64,000 nt of DNA from an uncultured delta proteobacterium (GTDB lineage Bacteria > Desulfobacterota > Binatia > UBA9968). The notes below the pieces were generated by a model. It searched no databases. It was not told the origin of the DNA and worked only from the letters and a program-made list of their open reading frames with translations. Of this stretch, positions 28,867-38,777 are shown piece after piece (within the stretch, counting starts at the first letter, position 1; every line of letters begins with the position of its first letter). A program made the position numbers and the translations under genes. The stretch is from NCBI GenBank assembly GCA_963840855.1, contig CAWJBB010000079.1, forward strand, positions 128,001 through 192,000, in the 5' to 3' direction.

Positions 28867-30924
28867 TCAGTGCACGTGATCATCCGGCGCCGGCGCCGAA
28901 GGTTTCTCCTGGCTGAGCCGGTCAATCTCGCGCATAAGATATTCCATTTTGTCCCAACCGGGGCCGTCTCGAGGAATCCAACGCGCCCGCACATAGCCCT
29001 GGCGATCGATCATGAACTCCATATGCGGTGGTACGGGCGGATCCGGGAGCGTGCCCTGCTCGGAAAAACTTCGGCGCAACAGGGCATAGGTATCAAAAGC
29101 TTCCCGGCTGCCGTCGGTAACCAGGGACACGAACTTGAACGTCGTGTTCAGCTGTAGGACTTCCTTTATCTCTTTGGGGATTGCCAGGACCTTCACGTTT
29201 TTACTCTGAAGCTGCCGGGACGCTCCTTCGAGCTCAGCCAAACGAGGGCGAGATTCCGGCAAAGAGAAAAGCACGAGCATGACGATCTCATTGCCGCGGT
29301 GATCCTTGAGAGAGCGGTTTTCACCGTTCAGCGTTCGATAGACGAAGTCCGGCGCCACGAGCCAGGGGTCGGGCTCCACCAGCGCGCTCATCTGCCTCGC
29401 CCGCTCAGCGGCGGATAAAGCGCGCAGAAAATTAATCATGTCCCAGCGCTCTTCTTCATCGAGGCTCTGCGCAAATCCAGGCATTGGACCAGGGGCGTTA
29501 TCGACCTTCATGCCATGACTCAGCCACCAAAACAGGTCCCCCGCTGTGTGATCCGCCGAATGTTTTGCCGTCAAGTCCGCCGGCTTCGGTTTCAACCCTT
29601 TACCGTTTGCGCCGTCGCCGTAACCGCCGACGCCATGGCAACCGGCGCACGTCTCATGATAAATGCGCGAGCCATTGGACACGGAGATGGTATTGTAAGG
29701 AACCGAGGGCCGGAGATAGGTCGCCGGGTAGGCGTCGATGGACAATGCGTTGTGGGCGATCCAGCCGCCATAACCGAGACTCGCCACTCCCGCGCCGAGC
29801 ACCAGGTAACGATAACGGCGCCGCAAGATAAGACAACCAATTATGCCGGCGAGTCCGGCGCCAGCCCACCATTGCCCCTGCGTAAACTGGGCGCGTATTT
29901 TCGCGCTGCTGCTGTTAAGGACATTCCAGTTCCAGCGAAACGCAAAGGGCCACTCGGGCTGGATGTGGCGCGCCGGCGGCGTGATGCTCATCAAACCGAC
30001 AATCAACAGAATACCCGCTCCTATGCCCGCTTCGGTTTTTACGTTCCGCTTTAGGCGCCGCAGAAGTACTGCCAGTCGCGCCAACGAACTTTGATCTTCG
30101 AGCGCTAGGATGCGGGGCTTAAGTTTGCGCAGATTGATCGCCGCAACTGCGAGCAGCGGCACAAGCAAAGCAAGTTTAACGAGAAGCAGTTTGCCGTAAG
30201 CCGTGCCCATGAGCGGCGGCACGGCGCCGACGAGAGTCCAGGCATTGAACATTCCCGTGACCAGGACAACTGTGACACAAACCAAACCGAGCAGAGAAAA
30301 GCGGCGCGTAGCTGCCTTAAAGGTAGCACTAGCCCAGGGATGATCAAGGCGGAGAAGCCAGGCAAGAAAAATGGCGAAAGCCGGCAATCCGCCAAGCCAA
30401 GCGCTGGCAGCCAAAAGATGCAAAGCATAGGCGGCAAGCTGCGCGACGAGCCAGATCCCTTCGCCGGCGGCGGCGTGGCTCGAGAAGGCCAGAGCCATAA
30501 CGAGAACCGCGGCGAAGATCAGAGGAAGAGCGGGCAAATCATTCGAGCGCGTTCGGCGTGCAGCGAAAATCAATCCGGCCAGAACGACGATAAGACCGAC
30601 GCGAACGAGCCAGACGATGCCATATCGAGTTCCGAGCAAAACTCCGCCGATGTTTTCCGCCCGCAATGCTTGGGTAAGCGGCACGCTGGTCACAGTGGCA
30701 ATCTGCAACCAGAAACCGAGCAGACCCGTTAGAAAAACCGCGAGCAACGTCCATTGGGTGAGCGTGAGCTGGCGGCGCGTGAAGGCCGCAAATTCCGCGC
30801 TCGTCCCGGCGCCGGCAACTCGCAGAGCTGGGCGCGCGACAATGAGGTGGAATGCCAACGATCCAAGCAGGAAAGCTGCTGACGCGAGATGCGCAAACTT
30901 AATGAACGCGGAGACAGTGGTCAC
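28867..30924 (-). CDS. copD: CopD family membrane protein fused to cytochrome c and a redoxin-like domain
   Basis: SHAAA, HLLAASAWLGG, TAYGKLLLVK (CopD); CAGCH heme motif, PADLT..H, MPGF; APDF...SLKDHRG...FMIDRQGYVRARW. Confidence 0.88.
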   Translation of the reverse strand: MTTVSAFIKFAHLASAAFLLGSLAFHLIVARPALRVAGAGTSAEFAAFTRRQLTLTQWTLLAVFLTGLLGFWLQIATVTSVPLTQALRAENIGGVLLGTRYGIVWLVRVGLIVVLAGLIFAARRTRSNDLPALPLIFAAVLVMALAFSSHAAAGEGIWLVAQLAAYALHLLAASAWLGGLPAFAIFLAWLLRLDHPWASATFKAATRRFSLLGLVCVTVVLVTGMFNAWTLVGAVPPLMGTAYGKLLLVKLALLVPLLAVAAINLRKLKPRILALEDQSSLARLAVLLRRLKRNVKTEAGIGAGILLIVGLMSITPPARHIQPEWPFAFRWNWNVLNSSSAKIRAQFTQGQWWAGAGLAGIIGCLILRRRYRYLVLGAGVASLGYGGWIAHNALSIDAYPATYLRPSVPYNTISVSNGSRIYHETCAGCHGVGGYGDGANGKGLKPKPADLTAKHSADHTAGDLFWWLSHGMKVDNAPGPMPGFAQSLDEEERWDMINFLRALSAAERARQMSALVEPDPWLVAPDFVYRTLNGENRSLKDHRGNEIVMLVLFSLPESRPRLAELEGASRQLQSKNVKVLAIPKEIKEVLQLNTTFKFVSLVTDGSREAFDTYALLRRSFSEQGTLPDPPVPPHMEFMIDRQGYVRARWIPRDGPGWDKMEYLMREIDRLSQEKPSAPAPDDHVH

Positions 30925-30940
30925 GGGATTGGGACAAATG

Positions 30941-30969
30941 CAAGGGGCGGGTTTGAAACCCGCCCTTAC
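30941..30969. repeat. GTAG-type REP palindrome (related copies near 16663, 23156, 31541, 48137, 48370 and 51014)
   Basis: AGGGGCGGGTTT(G/C)AAACCCGCCC(C/T)T and GGACGGTCGCGACCGTCCCCTAC hairpins in intergenic positions. Confidence 0.8.
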
Positions 30970-30978
30970 AGCTTCGCG

Positions 30979-31440
30979 TCAGTTGGTCTTGGCGCCGGTC
31001 TCCACAGGAAATTTGCGTTGCAACCAGCCTTTGAATCCTTCCGGCATGATGGCGATGTTGCGGTAGCCATGATCGTCTTTGAGCACCTGATAGGCGTCTT
31101 GAATGAGCAGGTTTTGAGGGCAGTCGCAGTACAGAATCACCCGCCCCGCCTTGGGAATTTGCCGCAGGTTTTTCTCCAAGTCGCTTATGGGGATCGAGCG
31201 CGCGCCGGGCAAGCGCCGCGCTTTGAACTCGGGGGCCGGGCGGAGGTCGATTAACACGAGAGTTTCCTTGTTGTCGAGGAAATACTTCACCCGTTCCGGC
31301 GTGACGATATCGACGATATCTTCGGCATCGTGGGCCGCGTCAATGATCCCGGGGGAAAATGCTAAAAACAAAAATAGTGCCGGAACGGTCGCCCAACAGC
31401 GTGTAGCCTGGTCACGAATTCGCTGAATCATGTTTCGCAT
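30979..31440 (-). CDS. Exported rhodanese-fold protein 2 (YCDC)
   Basis: Leader ending IDA|AH, IDLRP, RLPGARSIP, VILYCDCPQ, GFKGW. Confidence 0.88.
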   Translation of the reverse strand: MRNMIQRIRDQATRCWATVPALFLFLAFSPGIIDAAHDAEDIVDIVTPERVKYFLDNKETLVLIDLRPAPEFKARRLPGARSIPISDLEKNLRQIPKAGRVILYCDCPQNLLIQDAYQVLKDDHGYRNIAIMPEGFKGWLQRKFPVETGAKTN

Positions 31441-31652
31441 CCTCTTTTCCATAGTTCGTAGCCTGGATGGAGTGAAACGTAATCCAGGAAGTCTTTCCCT
31501 ACAGTTCTGGATCTCATACGCAAGACTCACCAATCGAACCGTAGGAGGTCGCGACCGTCCCCTACCTGCAAGCACGACCTTCGCAAGTCGATCGAGCGCA
31601 CTCTTCGACGATGCTCAGGGCGATCGGCATATCAGTCTTCTTCACCAGCCTG

Positions 31653-33413
31653 CTAAAAATTCGGCGCCCGATGCAGGATCTTGCCGCCCACCACGGTGAG
31701 CAGGGACTTGATCGTCCTGATTTCCCGCTCCGGCACCGTGAAGTAATCCCTGTCCAAAACCAGCAAGTCGCCGAGTTTACCGCGTTCCAACGAGCCGATT
31801 TTGTCTGCTCGCAGGACGTATTCCGCCGCCCAGTTGGTGGACATCTTCAGGGCAATCACGCGATCGACTCGCTCTTTGCCATTGTACACTTTGCCCTCGA
31901 CCTCACGATTGACCAGAACATCCAAGTAGTGAAAGACTGTTCCGACCTTGAAGATTTCGTTGTCATCAACTTCCATCACTGTCTTGACGTTGGCATCAAG
32001 CAAACTTTTTACCGGCGCCACCCAGCTCAGATACTTTTCACCATAGTCCCTGAGAACCCGCGGACTCGCCTCGATGTATTTTGGCGCGCAGCTCATCATG
32101 ATGTTGAGTTTTTGCAGCCTGGGGATTTGGTCCGGACGTGGATTCAATGTGCAGTGATCGATCGCATGTCCCTTGGCCCTGATTTGATCGAGGGTATAAC
32201 CCGCTCTGGCGCTCCCTTTCTCAATCGCGTCCAGGGTTAAATCCAGGGCTTTATCTCCCGCAGTGTGGGTGCCGGACCATCTCAGGCCCGAAGCGACGGC
32301 ATTTTCAATGAAGGCCTCGAAGCCAACGTTATGAATCTCCCGATCCTTGATTTCTTTCGGGATATCCGGCGGCTCGATGGTCGTGAGTATTCCTGGATAT
32401 GAAGCATCGACGCCTCTCATGCTGGCGCCGACGAACCAGAGGTAATCGCTCCCATAGCCGCTTACGCCGAACATTTCGGGAACCACCTGCGCGGGGGTGC
32501 CCGTGCCCGGTGTATAGCCATACCTGATGCCGATCTCGCCCCTTTGATCCAAGAGTTGATAGGCGGCAAGAATCCTGAGCGAGCGGATATTGCTCGACCA
32601 GGTGGTCACCCCGTAGCTGGCCCAACGAAGGTTCTCGGCTTTGTAAATTTCCGCCAATTTTTCAACGCTGGGAATCAAGTGATCCGACAGCACCATTCGG
32701 TTGATGGTGTTCGAAGAGAAGCCGTCGTCCCGCATTAGATTGGGTTCCATCGGGCCGTGCCAACCGGCGCGGATGAGCTCCTGAGCTTTGCCGTTGGTAA
32801 TCGAAGAAGTCCTGGTGCGTATGTAAACCGGATTGTTGGGCGCCACCTTGTCCAATTCAGCTCGGGTAACCACCTGGCTGCGCATTGCGGCTTGCACCGC
32901 GTCCATGGGTTTGCCGTCTTTTCCGATCGCTTGCCTGGGCAGATCGAGGGCGATCCACTCTCCCGGTTTGCGCTTGGCGACTTCCTGACGGATCGCCTCG
33001 AGGGTTTTCTGTTTAACGGAGTCCCAGGTCTCGTTCTGCTCTGCACGAATTCGCATCCGGGGCGAAGCGTCGCCCAGGGAATCCATCGCATAGTCGAAAA
33101 GATGGGAGTGTGTGTCGATGATCCCTGGCACCACTGTCCGCCCCTTCACGTCGAATACTTGCGTCTGCGGTCCTCTCAGGGAAAGAATCTGGCTATTGTT
33201 GCCGAGCGCGAGTATCTTGCCATCTCTGACGGCCAGAGCTTCGACGACGGTTCCCAGAACCGCCGAGTTGCTCTTGTCATCCATCGTGACGATCTTGCCG
33301 TTGTGAAAGATCAGTTCCGGATATCGGACAAGGTCCGGCGCGAGGGTTTGCGCGGCGACGGGAGTGGCCCAAAGGGCAAGAGCAACAAGTGACCAAAGAA
33401 AACTGAGCGTCAT
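31653..33413 (-). CDS. Exported amidohydrolase-3 paralog 2
   Basis: Signal peptide VAA|Q, IDTHSH, THTAGD, DHC, SCAPKY, GSLERGK; GGAG RBS before 33413. Confidence 0.93.
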   Translation of the reverse strand: MTLSFLWSLVALALWATPVAAQTLAPDLVRYPELIFHNGKIVTMDDKSNSAVLGTVVEALAVRDGKILALGNNSQILSLRGPQTQVFDVKGRTVVPGIIDTHSHLFDYAMDSLGDASPRMRIRAEQNETWDSVKQKTLEAIRQEVAKRKPGEWIALDLPRQAIGKDGKPMDAVQAAMRSQVVTRAELDKVAPNNPVYIRTRTSSITNGKAQELIRAGWHGPMEPNLMRDDGFSSNTINRMVLSDHLIPSVEKLAEIYKAENLRWASYGVTTWSSNIRSLRILAAYQLLDQRGEIGIRYGYTPGTGTPAQVVPEMFGVSGYGSDYLWFVGASMRGVDASYPGILTTIEPPDIPKEIKDREIHNVGFEAFIENAVASGLRWSGTHTAGDKALDLTLDAIEKGSARAGYTLDQIRAKGHAIDHCTLNPRPDQIPRLQKLNIMMSCAPKYIEASPRVLRDYGEKYLSWVAPVKSLLDANVKTVMEVDDNEIFKVGTVFHYLDVLVNREVEGKVYNGKERVDRVIALKMSTNWAAEYVLRADKIGSLERGKLGDLLVLDRDYFTVPEREIRTIKSLLTVVGGKILHRAPNF

Positions 33414-33622
33414 AATAATCCTCCGTAAGGTTTGGCTTTTCTTACTTGAAAAAAATTCAACGTTTGGCCAGCCATGTACCACACAACAGCGAGTTTGAAA
33501 AGTCCGGCGCTGAGCACAGTCTAGAGTCTCGGGTCTGGAGACTCGGTTTGACTCGAAAAGAAATTCGAAACGCGGAAGCGTGTGTTCGTTCGAACACGAG
33601 CACGAGAGATGAGCACGCGTCG

Positions 33623-33994
33623 TTAGTTTTTTGTTTCTCTAACAGTGAACGGAAAACTCTGCTCGACCACGTGCCCGTCCACAGATAAAACGCGGAATTT
33701 CACGGTATATCTCCCTGCCTGAAGTTGCTTGACGCCGATGGCAAGCTGCTTTGGATCCTCATTGGACACCAACGCGTTGTCGAGGTCTACACGCTTGCCA
33801 CCGGAATCAAGAACCGCGATGGACGAATAGCGTGGCTCCAAGCGCTCGTTAAACCAGATCTGAATTTTCGCCGGCGAAGCGAACAGCGTAGCGCGGCCCG
33901 GCGGCACGGATTTCACGAGATAAGCGTGTGCGGAAGCGAGCGCCGGAAACAAAAGAAACAACAAGAGCAAAACCTCAGCACGTCGCGCTTTCAT
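33623..33994 (-). CDS. copC: Periplasmic copper-binding protein CopC
   Basis: ASA|HAYLVKS.P (His1), WFNE.LE, GRYTVKFRVLSVDGH. Confidence 0.93.
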   Translation of the reverse strand: MKARRAEVLLLLFLLFPALASAHAYLVKSVPPGRATLFASPAKIQIWFNERLEPRYSSIAVLDSGGKRVDLDNALVSNEDPKQLAIGVKQLQAGRYTVKFRVLSVDGHVVEQSFPFTVRETKN

Positions 33995-34038
33995 TTTTTG
34001 ACGAAGCAACACGGCGAATTAAACAAAAGATCGGAGAT

Positions 34039-34077
34039 AAAGGGATAGAAGATGTCGCACCTCTATCCCTTTTTTTT
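34039..34077. terminator. Intrinsic terminator-like hairpin between amidohydrolase 3 and copC
   Basis: AAAGGGATAGA...TCTATCCCTTTTTTTT; long T tract on +, short on -. Confidence 0.6.
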
Positions 34078-34097
34078 GTCCACTGCCTGCGGACCAC

Positions 34098-35859
34098 TCA
34101 GAAATTATCCGCCTGGTAAACGATCTTCCCGCCAACCATGGTGAGGAGAGGTTTTATCTTTCTGATCTCCCGTTCAGGCACAGTGAAGTAATCGCTACTG
34201 AGAACCAGGAGATCGGCATACTTGCCGCGCTCCAGGGAGCCCTAGAACGTTCTCCCTGAAGACATACTCGGCCGCCCAGCTCGTGGCCGTTTTCAGCGCC
34301 AGCACGCGGTCGACGCGTTCCTTGGCGGCATAGACCTTGCCTTCGACTTCCCGATTGACCATGACGTCGATGTAGTGAAACACGGTGCCGACCTTGAAGA
34401 TGTCGCGATCATCGATCTCCATGACGGTTTTAACCCCTGCGTCGAGCAATGATTTCACTGGGGCAATCCACGTGAGGTATTGCTCGCCGTAATCACGCAA
34501 GACTTCCGGCGAGTCCTCAACGTATTTCGGCGCGCAGCTCATCATAATATTGAGCTTTTGCAGCCGCGGGATTTGGTCAGGGCGGGGATTCAAGGCGCAG
34601 TGATCGAGCGCATGACCCTTGGCTTTGATCTGCTCGGCGGTCAGCCCGGCCCTGGCGCTCCCCTTTTCGATGGCGTCGAGCATGATATCCGCCGCCTTAT
34701 CGCCCGCTGTATGCGTGCCGGCAATCCGAAGGCCGGCGGCGACCGCATTCTCAATAAATTCCGGAAGACCCGCGTTGAAAACCTCTCGATCTTTAATTTC
34801 CTTGGGTACATTGGTGATGGTCGTCAGAAGTCCGGGGTAGGACTGGTCGGTGCCGCGCATGCTCGCTCCGACGAACCACACGTAGTCGGTTCCATAACCG
34901 CTTACGCCATACATCTCCGGAATCAATTGAATCGGCGTGCCCAGACTCGGAGTATAGGCAAATCTTATCCCTATCTCGCCCTTTCTATCGAGGAGCTGGT
35001 AGCCGGCCAACGCGCGCATCGAGCGCATGGAGCTGGACCAGGTAGTAACACCGTAGCTCGCCCATCGGAGATTTTCCTCTTTGTAAAGTTGCGCTAACTG
35101 CTCCAAAGTCGGGATCAGGAAGTCAGACCCTATAATGCGATTCAGCGTGTTGGAAGAAAAGCCGTCTTCGCGCATGAGATCAGGTTCCATGGGGCCGGCC
35201 CAGATGTTTTTCACGATGTCCATGGCTTTGCTGTTCAGAATCGAAGTGGTTCTTACTTTAAGGTAAACGGGGTTGTTCGGCGCCAGCTCATCCAACTCTT
35301 TTCGATTGACGATAACTCCCCTGCGCGAAGCGACGATGCCATCCATGGGTTTACCGTCCTGTCCGATGCCCTCGCGCGGCAAGTCCAAGGCGATCCAGTC
35401 GCCGGGTTTTTTCTTGGCCGCCTCTACCTTGACGACGTCGAGAACCTTTTTCTTGATGCTCGCCCAAGTCTCTCCCGACTGAGCCCGGACGCGTGTTCGC
35501 ACCGTATTTTGCTCCTGCGCGTCCAGGGCGTAATCAAACAAGTGCGAATGCGTGTCGATAATTCCCGGCACAACCGTGCGGCCCTTCAGATCGAGGATTT
35601 TCGTCTGCGGTCCTTTTAACCCAAGGATCTGTTGATCGCCGCCGGCGGCGATGATTTTTCCGTCTCGAATCGCCACCGCCTGCGCCATGGTTCCGGGGTT
35701 TGACGAGGGTGTCTTGTCGTCCATGGTTGCGACCTTGCCGTTGTGCAGGATGGTGTCGGGATAATTTACTAGCTCTGGTGGAACACTTTGAGCCAGTACC
35801 GGGCGGGTGACGAGAGCCAAACTCAAGAGAAGAAATAAAACCCTAATAGAGCGTTTCAT
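34098..35859 (-). CDS. Exported amidohydrolase-3 paralog 3; +1 frameshift near 34240
   Basis: VLA|Q, IDTHSH, THTAGD, DHC, SCAPKY; removing one G restores GSLERGKYADLLV...GGKIVYQADNF stop at 34098. Confidence 0.9.
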
Positions 35860-35977
35860 AAAAACCTCCTTGTGGTTTCGCTTTCTTATTTATTATTGGC
35901 TTTTTGCTCGAAGCAGATTCTCCTGTTAAGCGTATAGCATAGAGCCTGTAGCCCTGAAAAGCCCAAATGCTAACTGC

Positions 35978-36409
35978 TTACTTCTTACCCGTTTCAACCG
36001 GAAACTTTCGTTTAACCCATTCCTTAAAAGTATCCGCCATGACCGAAATATTGCGATACTCATGGTCGTCGCGCAGTGGTAGATACGCTTCCTGAACCAG
36101 CTCGTCTTGCTCGCAGTCGCAGTAGAGCACCACCCGGCCCGCCTTGGGAATCTCCCTTAAACGTTTTTCAAGCTCGTTCATGGGGAGCGAACGGGCGCCC
36201 GGGATGCGTGCCTGCTTAAAGTCTTTGGCGGGCCGGAGGTCGAAAAGAATGAGCGGTTCGCGCGCAGCGAGATAATACTTGACCCGCTCCATCGTCACTA
36301 TCGAGACAGGTTCCTCCGAGCCGTGGCCGGCCACAGCGATCCTCGTGGGGAACCCCACGACCATGGCGAAAAGAAAGACGAAAACTCGATGGCCAGAGCA
36401 CAGGCGCAT
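35978..36409 (-). CDS. Exported rhodanese-fold protein 3 (YCDC)
   Basis: Leader ending AVA|GH, FDLRP, RIPGARS, VVLYCDCEQ. Confidence 0.88.
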   Translation of the reverse strand: MRLCSGHRVFVFLFAMVVGFPTRIAVAGHGSEEPVSIVTMERVKYYLAAREPLILFDLRPAKDFKQARIPGARSLPMNELEKRLREIPKAGRVVLYCDCEQDELVQEAYLPLRDDHEYRNISVMADTFKEWVKRKFPVETGKK

Positions 36410-36461
36410 CTTAGGATTGTCTCCGTAAATAGCAGAGCGACAATATCCGCCAGCGGCTTTA

Positions 36462-38303
36462 TTACTCGATAACCCCCGGCGCTTCCTTGCCGCCAAACTC
36501 CGCCACCTGGGGACCGCGGGTCCTCCCTCTCAACGCGGAGTTTTCGTGGATAATCTTGCCACTTACCATAGTGAGCACTGGAGCGACAGTTCCGATCTCG
36601 CCTTCGGGCACCGTCAGGTAATCGCGGTTGAGGACCAGCAAGTCAGCGAACTTTCCCGGCTCCAGCGAACCCAAAACATTTTCCTTCAACACATACTCTG
36701 AAGCCCACACGGTTCCCATCTTTAGCGCGAGCACGCGGTCGATCTTCTCCCGCGCCGCATAAACCTTACCGTTCACCTCACGCGTCACTAAGAGTTCCAG
36801 GTAGTGGAATGGACCCTTTGTCGGCGTGAAATGAATATCTGTTTCCAGTACTGTCTTCACTCCGGCTTCGATAAGGCTCTTGGCGGGAGCGACCCAGTTG
36901 AGATATTTCTCGCCATAATCGCGCAGCACTTCCGGGCTGGCGTTTTCGATATACTTGGGACTGCAGCTCACGAGAATACCGAGCTTCTTTAATCTCGGCA
37001 TTTGATCCGGTCTCGGATTCATCGTGCAGTGATCGACAGAATGACGCCGGGCCTGGATTTGCTCAGGCGACATGCCGGCTTTCTTGCTCCCCTCTTCGAT
37101 GACATCCATCACCTGGTCCAAGGTGGCGTCCCCCGCGACATGCGTGTTGCTAAAACGCAGCCCTCGGGCGACGATTTCCTCTAAGACCTTGCGCCTGTAG
37201 TCCCCGCCATCCAAACGAGTCATCTCCCTCGATTTGATTTCCGCCGGCGCGTCAGCGCTGGATTTTAGCTGTGGGTACGAGCCATCGGCGCTGACCAGGC
37301 TGATGCCGTTGGGCCAGAGATACTCAGATCCCTGCCCCTCTACCAGTTCCATGTAGCCGCGCACCATGGCCGGTCCTTGTGAAGTTCCGGTAATGAGACT
37401 TCCCAAACCATAGGCGAAGCGCACGACCATTTCGCCCTTTTGATCGAGAAGCCGATAGGCGCGAATCGTATTCAACGCTGAGGTAGAGGAAGACCAGGTG
37501 GTCACGCCATAGGCCGCCAATTCCTCCTGTTCTTTCTTGTAGAGATCGGCCAACAGAGGAAGCTTGCCATCGAGGATGATGTCGGTTTGGAGCGAGCGCC
37601 GGATGCTGGCGCTCCATACGATGCCATCCTCGCTGATCTCTTCATCCAATGCGCCATAGTGGCGCTTGAATGCCTCAAGGGCGCGGCTGCTGAACAATCC
37701 ACGATTGCCGGCCTGGATGAAAATCGCATGATCAGGCGAGATTTTATCCAGCTCTTCTTTGTTGAACATCTTGAGGTCCGTCATCGCCACTTTGATGTCC
37801 ACTTGTTTGCCATCGCGCATGACGCGATTCGGTAGCCTCACCCATATCCACTCGCCCGGTTGGGCTTTCTTTACCTCCGCCTGAACGGTTTCCAGCGTCG
37901 CCTTTCTCAGCTCTGCCCACTCCCGCCCCTTGATTGCCGGTTTTCTCAGCTCAGGGAGGTTCCTCCCCCAGTGGTCCATGGTGTATTCCATCGCGTGGTA
38001 GTGGGTGTCGATGATTCCAGGGACCACGGTCCTACCGCGCAAATCGATGATCTCGGTCTTGGGGCCTTTCAGCGCGAGAATTCTATTGTTGGCACCGAGA
38101 GCCAAAATCCTGCCATCTCGGATGGCGAGCGCCTGGACGATCGTTCCGGGATTGGTGGATGTTGTCTTGTCGTCCACCGTGACGATCTTACCATTGTGCA
38201 GAATCGCTTCCGGATAGCGGATCAATTCCGGCGGCAGGTTTTGCGCGAATGCAGGACTCAAGGAAAGTAGACCAACTAAAAAGGAAAAAAATAGCCTTCT
38301 CAT
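36462..38303 (-). CDS. Exported amidohydrolase-3 paralog 4
   Basis: AFA|Q, IDTHYH, THVAGD, DHC, SCSPKY, GSLEPGKFAD. Confidence 0.93.
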   Translation of the reverse strand: MRRLFFSFLVGLLSLSPAFAQNLPPELIRYPEAILHNGKIVTVDDKTTSTNPGTIVQALAIRDGRILALGANNRILALKGPKTEIIDLRGRTVVPGIIDTHYHAMEYTMDHWGRNLPELRKPAIKGREWAELRKATLETVQAEVKKAQPGEWIWVRLPNRVMRDGKQVDIKVAMTDLKMFNKEELDKISPDHAIFIQAGNRGLFSSRALEAFKRHYGALDEEISEDGIVWSASIRRSLQTDIILDGKLPLLADLYKKEQEELAAYGVTTWSSSTSALNTIRAYRLLDQKGEMVVRFAYGLGSLITGTSQGPAMVRGYMELVEGQGSEYLWPNGISLVSADGSYPQLKSSADAPAEIKSREMTRLDGGDYRRKVLEEIVARGLRFSNTHVAGDATLDQVMDVIEEGSKKAGMSPEQIQARRHSVDHCTMNPRPDQMPRLKKLGILVSCSPKYIENASPEVLRDYGEKYLNWVAPAKSLIEAGVKTVLETDIHFTPTKGPFHYLELLVTREVNGKVYAAREKIDRVLALKMGTVWASEYVLKENVLGSLEPGKFADLLVLNRDYLTVPEGEIGTVAPVLTMVSGKIIHENSALRGRTRGPQVAEFGGKEAPGVIE

Positions 38304-38325
38304 CTGTATCTCCCTTCTTGATTCT

Positions 38326-38763
38326 CTAGCGGGTTACTTTTTTGGCAATCGTCTCCATCGGATAACCGCGGTTTACCCAGCCCTGGAATCCATCCGCCAT
38401 TATGGCAGCATTGCGGTAACCATAGTCTTTGAGTAACAAGTAAGCGTCGTCGATAATCTGATTTTGCGGGCAGTCGCAATAGAGCACCACGCGACCCGAT
38501 CGCGGAATTTCCGTGTAGCGCTTAGCCAGTTCCTTCAGCGGAACGGAACGCGCACCGGGGAGCCGCGCTTTCTGAAAGTCAGCGCCGGCACGAAGATCGA
38601 CGATGATGATCTTCTCGCGCGCATCGAGAAAAGCCTTCACCTGCTCAACCGTGACCGTGACCACATCTTCTTCACTGCCATGCCCGGCCCATGCCACCGC
38701 GGGCGAAACCATCACGAGTGCGAGTATAAGAGCGGCGAGCTTTCTATCATTTGTCACATGCAT
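38326..38763 (-). CDS. Exported rhodanese-fold protein 4 (YCDC)
   Basis: Signal peptide AWA|GH, VDLR, RLPGARS, VVLYCDCPQ, GFQGW. Confidence 0.9.
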   Translation of the reverse strand: MHVTNDRKLAALILALVMVSPAVAWAGHGSEEDVVTVTVEQVKAFLDAREKIIIVDLRAGADFQKARLPGARSVPLKELAKRYTEIPRSGRVVLYCDCPQNQIIDDAYLLLKDYGYRNAAIMADGFQGWVNRGYPMETIAKKVTR

Positions 38764-38777
38764 AGTTCGTGTCTGCG

